Assembly: GCF_963921235.1 (NCBI RefSeq)
Contig: NC_086097.1
Coordinates: forward strand, 191,582,001-191,646,000
From: Mobula hypostoma
Lineage: Eukaryota
Direction of reading: 5' to 3'
DNA length: 64,000 nt
A program made the translations under genes and the position numbers. A model generated the notes under the pieces. The model made no database searches. It was not told where the DNA came from and was given only the letters and a program-made list of their open reading frames with translations. The first letter of the stretch is position 1; the number at the start of each line of letters is the position of its first letter. Below, one piece after another: positions 51,551-64,000 of this stretch.

Positions 51551-53427
51551 ATAGAAACACGAGCACCAACAATTGTGTATGGCAGTGTAGGAGCACTGTT
51601 AAGGGTCTTGCGTCTTAAGTAAGATTTTACAATGTGGCTTTGTCTGTGCACTTAGATGGACAGAGGATGTAACAGGAATGTTGTAATAAGTGCTGTGGGA
51701 ATGAGAATGCAGGGTGGACGAGGGATGGTTAAGGAATCTTCTGCTCTCCTGTGCAATACTTCTTCAATACTCAACAAACATTAATATTTTGATTGAGAAG
51801 TTAAACCGTGCTGTTAACATGGGCTAAAATGATTGTGAAAGCAAGTTAATTTTACCATGAACTTGCCATAGAAAAATTCAGAAGCCCATGCTCTCAGGAC
51901 ATACTCTGCACATTTTTGAGAGGGGTAGTGCAGCTCCTCTGGGACCAGGACCAGATGATGGGAGAAACCTTTTTATCATTACAATAAAGTTCAAGGGGAA
52001 CACAGCCTGTTCTTTCCTGATATTTTGCATCTTTGGAATATATTACTTTTTTACTAATTCTGGTATTTGTGTGGGCAGCTAGAGAATTAATATAGAGTAA
52101 AAGGCAGCTATTGTGCGTTGTTATAAAACTAAAGTTCCAAATTGCAGCTACAGCTAGCTTCATCCTTGGAGTTTGTTTCTAGACAGCCTGTTACAAGCTG
52201 TCCCCGGGTTAAGAATGCAAGACTTATGGATACCCCAATATCAAAATAAGCTCCCATAATATTATTAAATTCAAGAGTCTGATATGCATACATACATTCA
52301 TTCCTATAAACAGCAGAAATTTCTCTCTTCACTTTTGGTAATCAATCATTTTATCAGTTTTATGTGCTTTTTGATGGCAATCAGTGCAAAATTCTGGAGG
52401 TCTGGTTCCAATATTGAGTGAGTTTTGTGTATGTTCCAATTTATAGACAGAATTAACCTACAGAAATCTCAAAAAAAAGGGCCCCATACATTATCTATGA
52501 TGAACTGTATCTGCATCGGCCATTGTTGTGATGAACTGATGAAGTCCAGGGATTGCAAAATGCTGTTACCCTGACAGAAACTGGGATAAGAAAGATGATA
52601 TGATAAACTTGGCTTAAATCACTGGCATTCCATAAAGCCTTGGCTATTTCTGTCCATGAAAACAGTCTTTAACACAGTGAAACTTGTAATTAGTAATTGG
52701 TTTATTATTTTCACATGCACTAAGATAGAGTGAAAAACTTTGTTCTGCATGCCAACCATACACATCATTTGACTGGGACAAGCAATAATAAATGGCAGTA
52801 CCACAGTTAAAGTTATAAAGAAAGTACAGTGCAGGTAGATAATAAGGTGCAAGGGCCATGATTGTCATACGGAGGGTGGGGCGCTGGGAGTGGACCCAAA
52901 TGCAAGACACAGACACTGAAGTACTAGGAATATGACTAGGTGTGTCAAGAAAGCAAGGGAAGTGGGGAAGAAACGACACTGGACAAGACAAAGGCCCTGG
53001 ACCAGACTAGGAAAGCAGGACCTGGACTAGGAACTAAGAACTTGGAACCTGGACAAGGACTCCGAGCCAGAGACTGGACAGGGACCCGGAACCTGGGTCT
53101 TGATTCGGGCTCGGATCCCGGATCTAGGTGAGGACAAGACATGGCTACAGGACGAGGAGTGGCAACAGGACTGGACGTGAGACTCCTGGACAAGATGAGA
53201 GAACCCCAGCACAGCACGAGAGAACCCCTGCACCAGGGTGGGAGAGGTACTCCTGGGCTGGGCGAAGCACATGGACAGGACGAGAACACGAAGCCTGGAC
53301 TTGGTCGAAGGAGACAGGAACACCAAGCCTTGGCCAAGGGAGACAGGAACATGGAACACCGAGCCAGGACCCCTCCTTGGGAAAAGGACGTAGAGCCAGA
53401 ATTCATACACAGAATGCTGAACATAAC

Positions 53428-53696
53428 GAGACGGTTCCCCACACAAGGTAGTGGCAAACAGACAGACCTACTTGGCAAAGGCGTGGACACAGAGATGGTC
53501 CTCAACACAAGGTAGCAGCAAACGGCCGGACCTACCTAGCGAAGGTGTGGACACAGAGATGGGTCCCAACACAAGGTAGCAGCAAACGGCCGGACCTACC
53601 TAGCGAAGGCGTGGACACAGAAACGGTTCTCAACACAAGGTAGCGGCAAACAGTCGGACCTATCTAGCAAAGGTGTGGACACAGAAGACAGTTCCA
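53428..53696. repeat. ~4 copies of a 64-bp tandem repeat inside the LTR
   Basis: ACACAAGGTAG recurs at 53441, 53505, 53569 and 53633, a period of 64. Confidence 0.9.
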
Positions 53697-53848
53697 AACA
53701 ACGAAAGACAGTTCCTTATCTAGACACCGCAAGGCTCTGGTCTTGCTCTGGCGGTAGAACTTGACAGCGATACAGGCGAGGACGCAGGCAAGGCTTCAGA
53801 CAAAGACTTCAGAAGGGAAGGGAAGGGAACAATCCAGCAACAGAAGCT

Positions 53849-56800
53849 TCTTCTTCTTCTATTTCCGGCTGTTTAGATGCATCTAGTCGTATTACAGCCC
53901 TCCGCAGGATGTATACTATAGAACTTCAAGGAACTCAAATTCTCGAATACAACCTAGTCTCACGTATAAATTGAATGATAGACTCTTCAATCAAATGTTG
54001 ATTCTCTTGATGGCCAAACAAAGACTGAATAGAAAACCAAAATAAATTTAAGCCAGATAGCCTCTTGAACAGCATGCTTCCTTCAATTTTGTATCGATTA
54101 CAGCTCAGCAAAACATGGTGGACTGTCTCTGGACTACCACAGTCACATAATCCAGTAGGATGTTTTCCTATTATCTTTAAATAATAGCTTAACCCACAAT
54201 GCCCCAACCTAAGTCTTGTAAATTTCACCATAACTCTACGATTTAAAGGTAACAGTCTGAGACCTTTTTAACTAGTGGGTGACTAGAAAAATAATGCCTG
54301 CCCCTTAATTCATTTTTCCAATCCTCCTGCCACTTCTTCTCTATACCGTTTTTTAATCCTACTTCTCAATTCTGCTCTACCCAGGGGAACTCTAATTTCT
54401 ATTTGCCTGCTCTGTAAGGAAGACTTTGCAATGCCATCCACAATTCCATTTCCCTCCGCCCCAGCATGCCCAGGTATCCATGAAAATCTAATTGCACAAC
54501 CCATCTTCCCTACTTTAAACAACACTAAGAGAATCTCAATAACTATGTCAGGACCAGCTTTTGATTTACTCCCTTTTATAGACTCTAAGGCAGCAGCAGA
54601 ATCTGAACGGATGATAACTCTACGTGGTCGAGAGTCTTCTATCCACCATAAGGCCCGGAGGATTGCTAATAATTCTGTTGCAAAGACAGAAACACCATCT
54701 GAAACCCGGTGACCAATCTTAACTCCAAGTTGAGACACATCCATCCCAAATCCTGCCCTACTGCTCTCTGGGTCCACTGAGCCATCAGTAAGAATCTTCA
54801 GATAAGATCCCCATTCATTATTTAAATATTCATTTGTGATCAACGCTGATGAAATTGCACTGCTTCCTTTAAGCTGAAAAAGGAGGAATAGGTCTACTTC
54901 TGGTTCTGGAAAGAGCCAAAAGGGGACGGATGGCAGGCAAATTTGGTCAGCTATGTCTTCCTCAGTCAGTTTCAATTTCACAGCCCAGTTAACAACCAAA
55001 TCTAAAAATGGGTATCTTTTAATTTTACTTTGGCGCTCCGACTTCCCCTGCAAAAGACACTTTGATGGACAGCTGTGATTGAATCCATTTAGTTTTACCC
55101 AATACTGCAGGCCCAACTGAATTCGTCTGAAATGCAGAGGCAGTTCTCCCATCTCCACACATAATGCCGGGACTGATGTTGTTCTAAAAGCTCCACAACA
55201 GAGTCTAAGTGCTTTGGACTGCACAGTGTCTAATTTTCCAAGCACTGCCACAGCAGCAGAACCATAAACAATACAACCATGATCTTAACTGATCTAATCA
55301 TAGCTAGATATATTAAGTACATTGTTTCCCACCCTGCTCCCCAGTCACATCCAGCAATACTTCTCATAACATTTAAAACTTTCTCACACTTTCCAATTGT
55401 TTTATCTATATGAACCCTCCAAGTAAGTCTTTCATCAAACCAGACGCCTAAAAACTTGAATACCTTGACTCTTTCTAATGGAGAGTCATAAAGATACAAT
55501 TCACAATCAGGAATCTTTCTTCTAAAGCCAAAAATCATGTATTTGGACTTAGAAGCAGAAATCCTAAAACCCCATTTATTAGCCCAGTTTTCAACTGATC
55601 TTAAAACCTTTTGTGCCTGCCTTAATATATACTTGATGTTTCTTCCTCTTTTCCAGATTGCACCATCGTCTGCAAACAATGATTTGCCAAATCCTGTCCC
55701 TACCTAATCAAAGATATCGTTTATCATGACATGAAAAAGAACTGGACTAATGACACTTCCTTGAGAGGTACCATTATCTATTTTAACTGACTTGGAGCTT
55801 GTTCCATCTACTTGAATTATCCTTTCCTTAAGGAAATCTTTGATCCAATTAAACATTCTACCTCTAATTCCCACATCATAGAGTTTAATTAATAAACCAT
55901 CCTTCCATAGTGAGTCATATGCTCTTTCAATATCTAGAAATACACTTCTCTATTTTGAAATGCTTTTTTAATATCATGATCTAAAAGGGCAACAGATTCC
56001 ATTGTTGATCTTCCAGTTCTAAAACCATTTTGATAGGCAGCAAAATGTCCCTCATTTTCCAAAAAATAAACAAGTCTGTTGGTGACCATTCGTTCCATAG
56101 TTTTACAAAACACTGACGTTAAAGCGATAGGCCGATACGAACTAGGACTAGAGGCGTCCTTACCTGGCTTTAAAACTGGAACTACCACTGCATGCTTCCA
56201 TTCTACTGGTAATTTTCCTTCTTTCCACACTGAATTAAACAATGCTAGAATCTCTATTAATACAGAGTCATCTAAATGCTTGAGCAATTCATAACACAGT
56301 CCATCCCTACCAGGAGAAGTGTTTGAACCTGATTGGATAGCTTCCTGCAATTCCTGAAGGGAGAAAAACAAATTTATGGAGCTATTATCATCCAAACTCC
56401 TGTCCAATTTCCAACTTTCCTTTAACATAATTTCCTTTCTCAAATCACCTAACTCTCCAGAACTGTGTAACACTTGGAACACCTCTACAAACATATCAGC
56501 CTTTTCCTTATTGGTTACAGCTTCAATATCTCCTTCCAGCAAAGTTGCGATAGATGGTTTCCTATATATCCCTGACATTCTGTAAATGATCGCCATAGCT
56601 GCTTTATAGGTGTCTCAGGGCCCAGGGTTCCACAAAATCTTCTCCATCCCTCTTTGCATTTTTAATTACTCTCCTTGCTACTGCTCTTTCCCTTTTATAC
56701 TCCATAACATTATCTAACACTGGGTACTTTCTTAATCTCCCGTAAGCTCTATTTCTGTTTCTTACTGCTATATCACAATTGTTATTCCACCATGGAACTA

Positions 56801-58879
56801 ATGCTCAAACCTTAAGTACATTCCGTAGCAGAATAGTCAACCGAGCAACTTTATGAATTATAGAAGAGGGATTCATTCCAATCATCTATGGAGCCCTCGC
56901 TATTAATCTCTTCTATTATATCCACAGCTTTCTCCTGGTACTCATCCCAATGGGTCAACGAAAAATTACACCTAGCAGACCTCTCCTCAACTTGTACTAT
57001 CAAATTTCGACCAAATCGACATAATATAGGATAGTTTAAACGCAAACATATAGGATAGTGATCACTTCCTAGTGTGTACCTGTTGTTACGTACCCCGTAA
57101 CTGGGTTGCCAAACCAGCAGAAATGGATCACTCAGTTGGAGTCTGGATTACTAGAACTAATAAAGTTTTATTAAAGAAACAAGCAACACAGTACTCTAAT
57201 CAAAAGGATAATGAATGCAACAGTTCAGCAATGATAAACACACATGTACACAGAATTAAGATAACAGGATCAATCAAGCTCTATCGTCGTCTAGGGGTAA
57301 ATGACCAGTTTCAAAGTGACGCAAAGTTCAGTTCAATTTAGTTCAGTTCAATTCGCAGTAATCGCTGCCGTGGGAGATGGACAGTGTGGGGGAAGGAGAG
57401 AGAGAGCAAAACGAATGAATATTCAAACGGCTTCCACACAGACCTTCGCAGTCAGCTCTCGTGCGAGCCCTTTGTGATGTCATCGGAGGTCACCGACCGT
57501 GACCCCTCCGTTTCCAGATACGATCGTTTCTCTGCAGTGAACCTGGCACCCAGGCAAGGGTGGACACACACCAGGTTCCCGCCGATTGTGCCTTTCCACC
57601 CTGTGCGTCTATGGCTTGTCCCACGACCAGCCGTCCAAAACTTCCCACCGACTTGCGGGAGACGCACTGCTTCCAGGGTCTCGTTACCTCGGGGTGTCGT
57701 ATGTGTGTCGCCTTAGCGAACCTGTCCCTTTTTATCCCCCTGCTGGGATATCGCCTGTCCATCACTTCAAACAGTTCAGGGTTCAAAGGGGGAGCCGATC
57801 TTGACAGCTCTCCTTCCGTTACTCTCTCCCGTCCCGTCATTAACATCTCCAAATGCTGCTCCATTGTTTTCCTTATCTCTCTCTCTCCTGAAGACAGGTG
57901 GCAGACCAACTGCTGATCCCACTGGTGCCAGCACAGGACAGCTAACATCTTAATCTATGTGTATTCTTGTCACACTGTCCATAACATCCCATTCCCAAAC
58001 CACAGCTAGGTTTAAGGAAGTGATAGATAAGTCTAAGTGACTACACATATTCTTTACAATATTAAATCTTGTAGGCCTTCCGTCATTTAGCAGTACCATG
58101 TTGTATTTATCTAGAAACTCCTCTATTACCGCTCCATCTTTACTTTCACTACCCCATATAGGATTATGGGCATTGAAATCTCCAACCCAGATTACTGGGG
58201 ATCTTACTTTATTCATAATTTCATCCAAATCTGATAACATCATATTACCTGGATTATAAAATTTAATCCAAGTTATTTGACCATGAGAGCTCCAAACCTC
58301 CACAGCCACAATTTCAAGGTTAGATTTAATATCAAGTCTTCTAAACTGGAGTCCTGTTTTTATGAAAGTTGCACACCCTCCACCAGATTTACCTGTTCTG
58401 TCAGCTCTCAAACTATCATATCCAGGGATCACAAAATCTAAATGAGGCTTTAACCATGTCTCCTGTATACAGATCAAATCAGGCTTGTCTTTAAAAGTTC
58501 CAACAAATCTTTTTAATTCTTGACTATTTGCAGATAAACTTCTTGCATTCCATTGTAATATTAAAAACATCGAAATACTAATTATTGGCCTCTTCATCCA
58601 CATAAAGCTCCTCCGTACCCTCTGACCCCGACAACTGGGAAGTATTCAGTGATTATTTGTCTGTCATATACTCATGTAATTTTTCCGGCGAAATCTGTTT
58701 TATACCAAGGAATCTCTCTGCAGCTCCAACAACTACTTTTATCATATCCGACCTCTTCGCTGTAGTTTTAGCCCCAACCAGTACGTCAACAACAAATGCC
58801 AAAAAAGACTCTTTAGTCATCAACAACATGCCTGAAGGAACCATAGTTGGAGGACTCGGAATGAACTGACTCCCCATCA
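53849..58879 (-). mobile_element. Nimb/I-group LINE with APE, RT, RNase H and CCHC; 5'-truncated in ORF1; frameshifted
   Basis: ORF1 tail 58653-58880; APE ILQWNARSL, IQETWL, VGDFNAH; RT SPGRDG, YRPIALTS, FADD; RNase H ILTDGS..ATELLAI..SDSAAAL..WIPGHAGAEGN; CDCG..ETVHHVLLSC; (GAA)n tail. TSD AGCAAC(A/T)GAAGCT at 53836-53848 and 58880-58892. Confidence 0.92.
57084..57974 (-). mobile_element. 891-bp solo LTR (Gypsy-like) with 4-bp TSD inside the LINE endonuclease
   Basis: TGTTACG...GTCACA, TSD CTGT at 57080-57083 and 57975-57978, minus-strand AATAAA at about 57167-57172. The LINE reading frame (..DVMD|..LGSDHYPI) resumes across it. Confidence 0.88.
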
Positions 58880-60329
58880 AGCAACTGAAGCTGAACCCAG
58901 AAGCTGTTTATGTAGCCAGCCCAAAATGAGAATCATGTGCCTCAATTAAGGCACCAACAGAACAAGGGAAATCAGAAAACCTGGAATAAGGATCGACGGA
59001 CTGGTCTGTGAACCGGAATGCGGACTTCATGGACTGGACCATGACAATGCTGGGGTAGATTGTGAGTCAAATTATTTTTATATGGATTCAGGCTGCCAGG
59101 GTACATATCTAGCAAGCAAGACCCAAATAGTGCTTCAACTATTTCCTATTTGACCCTACAACAGAGACCAAAAAAGCAAATTTCTTTGCTGCTAGATGCA
59201 TTAGAGGTCCTATCAGTTTTACAAGACCTGAAACACCCTACGACCTGGGGTTCATGACTAAAGATGTGTCCAAGTAGCACCAGAAGGTGTATTCTACAAC
59301 TAACACAGTAACAACAAATTGGAGACTTAAGAAACTGCAGAGGGTGGAATTTGGAACAATACACAAAACGTTGGAGGAAGTCAGCAGCTCAGGCATCACC
59401 TGTGGAAGAAAATGGACACTTAAATTCTTTTAGTGCAAGATGCTCCATCTGGATTCTATAAATCCAGATTAAAGATGACTAAAATGATTTTATTTGGGAT
59501 AACGGGGAAAGATCATCGATATGCAAAATATGCCATTTTATCTGTCCATGCTTTGTTGGTCTTCCATCACTATACTTACTGCCATACTTATTATTTCATT
59601 ATATACTGTTTACTCTGTGAACTTCATTGGAGCGAGAAATTTCATCACACCCTGGTATTAGCTCTAATTTGATCCTTTAAATTATTGAATAATAGGATTT
59701 ATCCTGATGAAGGGAAAATGTTTTAAAATATACAGAAATCCAAACTAGAGGTTATAAGTGCAAATTAGTAACTAATTAATTGAATATTACTATTCGGAAG
59801 AAAACTCTTCAAAAGAATGTCAAAAATATGTACCTACCCTTTAAGTAGTTGAGATGGACAGTGGATATTCATGAAGACAAGGACACTATCACGGTTATAA
59901 TAGGCGGGTTTGGAGGGCATTATCAGTGTGGGTGAAAGTCTGGGGTGTGTATTCACGGTTCATCAGGTGAGCCGGCGGAAGGAGGTTACCTCGACCCATG
60001 TAAACGGAAGGAAAAGGATTAATTGAAGCGGCAAGAAGATAATCATGCAAAGCGTAATAAAGACATAAGTAAATTACTCCAAAAGCTAGTTTCGTTGGTT
60101 TTAGTAATCTCATATACTTACTGCACTGCCTCTTAGCAGTACATTTGTGCAACTCATGGCTATATTTTTGTTGTTAAGGAGATTCGGTTGTTAATTTATC
60201 ACGAGTGATTGGATATATGCCTGGAGGTTTAATCACATGATCTTCTGTATGCCACACCATGTACCCAATTCTTTCCAACTCCTCCGAATAATCGCTAATA
60301 ATAAAAAAATGCCCTCACGATAGTCTTCA

Positions 60330-61110
60330 AAGTGCGCCAGTAGTAACGTCTGGGATCATAATTTTAATCCGAGAGATTCCAGGAAAATACTGGAAGTTGA
60401 TAAATAATTTTCCTGCCTGTATCCAATGGGCCGGTAGTGGGCGGTGACTCGCTCGCACACCTCCCTTCTGCTCTGGCAGAGTTTTTATTAATTTGTAACG
60501 AATGAGCTGGAGGCTTGTTGATTTTTTTTGGAGTAGGGAGGTCACACGATGAATGGAATCCCAAGCTACCCGACGCAGATTTGGTGGCTGTGGTGACGCA
60601 GCAGGCGGTGACTGCGGGAGCTCGGTGAACCACTTGTTCTTACCAGTAAGTGTAAGGTTTGGTGATCTGGAGTTCTCCTCGCTGGTAGCGGAGGTAATGG
60701 GGACTGGCCGTTGGTTGCTGGAGTTTGCCCCGACATTGCCGCTGGTGCCTGCAGCAGGCGGAGCGCGTGATGCCGTTTGTTTGGGCCATTTGTCACGCCC
60801 CGTGCCGCGGCTCCCGGGCGACGTTGCAAACGGGCGGCCGCCAGTTCCCGCGAGCCCCTGCTCCTCAGGTCGGCCGCAGTGACCGGGGGACTGCTTCCGA
60901 AGGCTCCGTCAAGCGTTTGTATAAGCTTGGTTCCTGCCAGCCCCGTACTCGATTACTACAGCGATGCACTGGACTAGAGGGTCTCCTGACCGGAGTGCAG
61001 CAAATGAGAAATGTAACGTGATTACATTATTAGACTCGCGGGGTTGTGGAGTGTATCGCACTTCGCATGACCGAACATGAACGCGTTCGACGTGGGGAAT
61101 GTATGGCATG
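60330..61110. promoter_or_regulatory. CpG-island-like putative promoter / first exon of an unidentified host gene
   Basis: Non-repetitive, GC- and CpG-dense stretch in a CpG-poor background. CCAAT at 60423-60427, GC box GGGCGG at 60439-60444, ATG at 60553, donor-like CCA|GTAAGT at 60646. Confidence 0.6.
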
Positions 61111-61769
61111 TTAACACGTGTAATCTTACAAGTTTAGTTTGGTATTTTCGGGTATTCATGAAAAGATTTGCCCCCCCCCCTCCAACGTGCGTGTGTTTTT
61201 CGAGTTTCCCCGACCTGGGACTTCGCAAAAGCATTATGGGTTTGAAAGATGGCGTGTATTGACATATTTGAACGTCAGACAGGTAGCTTGGTGCAAAGGG
61301 ATGAATAATGTCATCTATCGGGGTCAAGATGGGGTGTCAAAGATCTTGAAAGTTTACAATCCTATTCTGTTAGATGTACCCTCTATTGAGGTATTAAAAC
61401 CAAGCCATAGATTTTGTCCTAGTTCCCCAAAAATACATTGGATAGTGCATTTATAACTTCCCTATTCTTGTAATCTATTCTCAGTTGAGGCTTTTTGTCT
61501 GATTTCCATTATTATTTTGTTGGTGGTTCTGTTTACACCTGCCTAGGTCTGGAGCTTTGTCATTAAAACAGGACACGGCAGAAGTACTCATTAGGTAGCA
61601 GCTGTGTGGTGAAGTGTGTTAGTTAACATTGTAGGTCTCTCATCGGAGTGAAGACTGCTGAGTATTTCCAGTATTTTCTGTCATGTCTTCATACTTTTTG
61701 CTTTTCAACTGCTAGTATTTGCTGTCACAATACAAATGTCTTTAGTAATGTGATTATACTCCCTTTATT

Positions 61770-62390
61770 GGACCAGAAAGCAAAGGAGTGGAATTGGGCC
61801 ATTCGGCCCAGTGAGTCTTCTCCACCGTTTCTTCATGGCTGTTTTCCCTCTTAACTCCATTCTCCTGCCTTCTCTCCGTAACCTTTCACACGCCGACTAA
61901 TTAAGAACCTATCATTTTCCTCCTTAAGTATACTCAATGACATCCTTCACAGTCATCTGTGGCAATGAATTCCATAGATTCACGATCCTTTGACTAAAGA
62001 AATTCCTCCTCTTCTCCATTCTAAATGGATGTCCCTCTATTCTGAGACTGTATCCTCTGGTCCTAGACTCCCCCACTATAGGAAACATCCTCCCAACATC
62101 TACTCTATCTTGGTCTTTCAACATTTGAAAGGTTTCAATGAGACCCCCCCCCCACACCCCACATTCTAATTTCCAGCGAGTACTGGCTCAAGCCATCAAA
62201 TGCTCCTCATTTCATTCGCTAAATCATTCACATGAATCTCCTCTGAACCCTCTCCAATGTTGGTACATCCTTTCTTAGATAAGGTGCCCTAAACTACTAG
62301 CAATGTTCCAAGTGAGGCCTCACCAGTGCCTTAAAGCCTAAGCATTGCATTCTTGCTTTCGTATTCTAGTCCTCTCGAAATAAGTGTTAA
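61770..62390 (-). mobile_element. CR1 3' fragment
   Basis: LIETFQMLK..MFPIVGESRTRGYSLRIEG..RNFFSQRIVNLWNSLP, upstream ALVRPHLE, and a CR1 3'UTR. Confidence 0.85.
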
Positions 62391-64000
62391 CATGATTTTT
62401 ACAAAGCTTTCTCACAGATCCATGACTAAAAGGCTGATCCAGGAGATGAGCTTCATATTGCAGATGATTTTTATATTTTCTTCCAAAGCTTTGGACTTCA
62501 ACAGCAGAAGGCCCAAATGTGAATGGTGGCTTTTATGTGTGTGTGTGTTTTTTTACAAAGATACAGTTGAGGAGGGTCTAGACAATTCAAGTCATTAGTT
62601 TTCAAAATAAGTAGACTTTAAGACTTGCACTTACTGAAAATATAAATTTAGGGAGAACAGAATTGAGTGTACTGAACTGTTTGCAGTGGAATTTTAACTA
62701 ATCTCAGGCGTGAGTGAATGATGGAAGGTTAGCATGGATCATATTGGAATAGTCAAGTTGATGGAATGCAATATTATTTGTACAGTGAATGTAAAGAAAG
62801 ACGTGCATGTGTATATTATAAATAGTGCATCTTTGAACCAAAGCTTGGATAAGAATTCGGTGAGCAAGTGGATAATCTTGCAGCATGAATTTGTCTTGAG
62901 CAAAATTCTGAGCTACTTACTTCAGAAAGGAAAATAATAACTTCGAAGAATTTGTAATTCTTGATTGTATTATGCAGGTGGAGATTCCTTTTTGTCAATC
63001 ACTGAGATAGAGCTGGGTGTTGGTCAGTAGTTTTGCAACAACTGAAATGATACCTAAATAACCAGCCAAAGACAAGTAGATATAAAAAGTGTCAAAGATC
63101 TCCTGGGGGCATTTGAGGAAATGGAAAGAAAAGCCATTGTAGCTGATTCTGAATGCTGCTTCACAGAATAATAGAAATGGGAAACTAATTTCACACACAT
63201 TGAAAATCTACAAAGGAAGAGGGTAGTTTGACTTTAAAAGCTGCGCGGGGATTCAGAGTTTCCCACTAGTGCAGATGAATTAATGCCACCATGGACCTCG
63301 CATTCAAATGGAGTTGGTTACCTGAATTTTTGATTTTGGTGGCAGGGTTGAAGGATTCTGACTATCAAATAGACATTTGGAAGTTTTTCCAGAGGAAAGA
63401 AATGTTCAAAAAGTTTTGATTCTGGTCAAGAGGGTGCCTGTGTACAACAGCAGGATAGACCATGAAACCATATTTCACCTTTGTCTTCTATGTTTTTCAT
63501 CTTGAATTTGATTGTGGAATTGTTGGAACCTGCGATTTGCAGTTTGGAGATCATTTGGGTGTTTTCAGCACCCTGCAGTCTCCGAGAGGATTCCCAGAGG
63601 TGGGGGGGGGGGTGTGGTGTTCGACTCAATTTTGCTGATTGAAACTTCCATTGTTCGATTAAAGTGATGAGGGAGATTGGAACATCGAGGCAAATGTAGA
63701 AGGTGAGTGCCAGCTGCCTGCCTTTTGATCGCTGGTGCCAGAGAGGGAGGACCTTGCTGCTATGCCCCGAGAATGTTACCCAGGTTTTCTGCATTTTGGA
63801 TATGGGCTTGGACTATAGACCTTTTTCATGTTTATAGTTATTTTTTTTGTTGGATGTTTCTTGTTTTGTATTGTGGAGATGGGTGGCATTTGGGGGGTGA
63901 TGAATGTGCTGCCTTTTTTTTTGTTTCATGGCTATCTTGAGGAAGAATTTCAGAGTTGTATACTTTGATAATTAACCTTTGAACAAATGGAGTTGTGGAG

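Larger units (their letters stand above)
52863..59046 (-). mobile_element. Solo LTR (~1.15 kb; 52863-53848 plus about 58893-59046) split by a Nimb/I LINE
   Basis: TGTCA...TGACA termini, 5-bp flanks ATGAT/ATGCT (4 of 5 match), GCATTTGGGTCC near the minus-strand 3' end. It sits in an old LINE 3'UTR (about 52690-52862, resuming after 59047). Confidence 0.75.

Noticed and set aside
52945..53515. 100-187 aa ORFs in the LTR
   Set aside because: Low-complexity products of GGAC-rich LTR repeats, with no gag, pol or env motifs.
53428..53696. CRISPR-like periodicity
   Set aside because: Entire 64-bp units repeat with no unique spacers, there are no cas genes, and the context is a vertebrate LTR.
60553..60645. 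Faint resemblance of the MESQATRRR..CGD..NHLFLP peptide to the CEPT1 N-terminus
   Set aside because: Only a few residues match and none of the expected downstream conserved sequence follows. No gene symbol was assigned.

Overview
This is eukaryotic (vertebrate) genomic DNA, mostly transposon-derived, with no intact host protein-coding gene that I can recognise. The repeat set includes Penelope-like elements, CR1, Rex1/Babar, L1, RTE, a Nimb/I-group LINE, an HE1-like V-SINE, Tc1, hAT and Gypsy LTRs. This set suggests a cartilaginous fish, probably a ray (inference). Nearly every long ORF in the track is a broken piece of one of these elements, many nested 2-4 deep with readable target-site duplications (TSDs). 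The most interesting signals are RNA-structural. (1) A 563-bp non-coding, TSD-flanked retroelement (25537-26099, minus) has a 5' end that folds into a complete HDV-like ribozyme starting at the element's first nucleotide, with a long J1/2 and a hairpin in L3. (2) Two near-identical ~100-bp TSD-flanked mini-elements (14668-14769 +, 18258-18357 -) consist of a minimal hammerhead ribozyme plus a Penelope pLTR tail, matching the Penelope copy at 111-901. (3) A ~650-bp non-coding family has an L1-like YY1 head and a stem-loop tail. A CpG-rich, promoter-like region at about 60.3-61.1 kb and a few minus-strand ATG/splice-donor candidates hint at host genes I cannot name. Repeat boundaries without a stated TSD are approximate. 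All folding was done by eye, and novelty cannot be confirmed without database searches.
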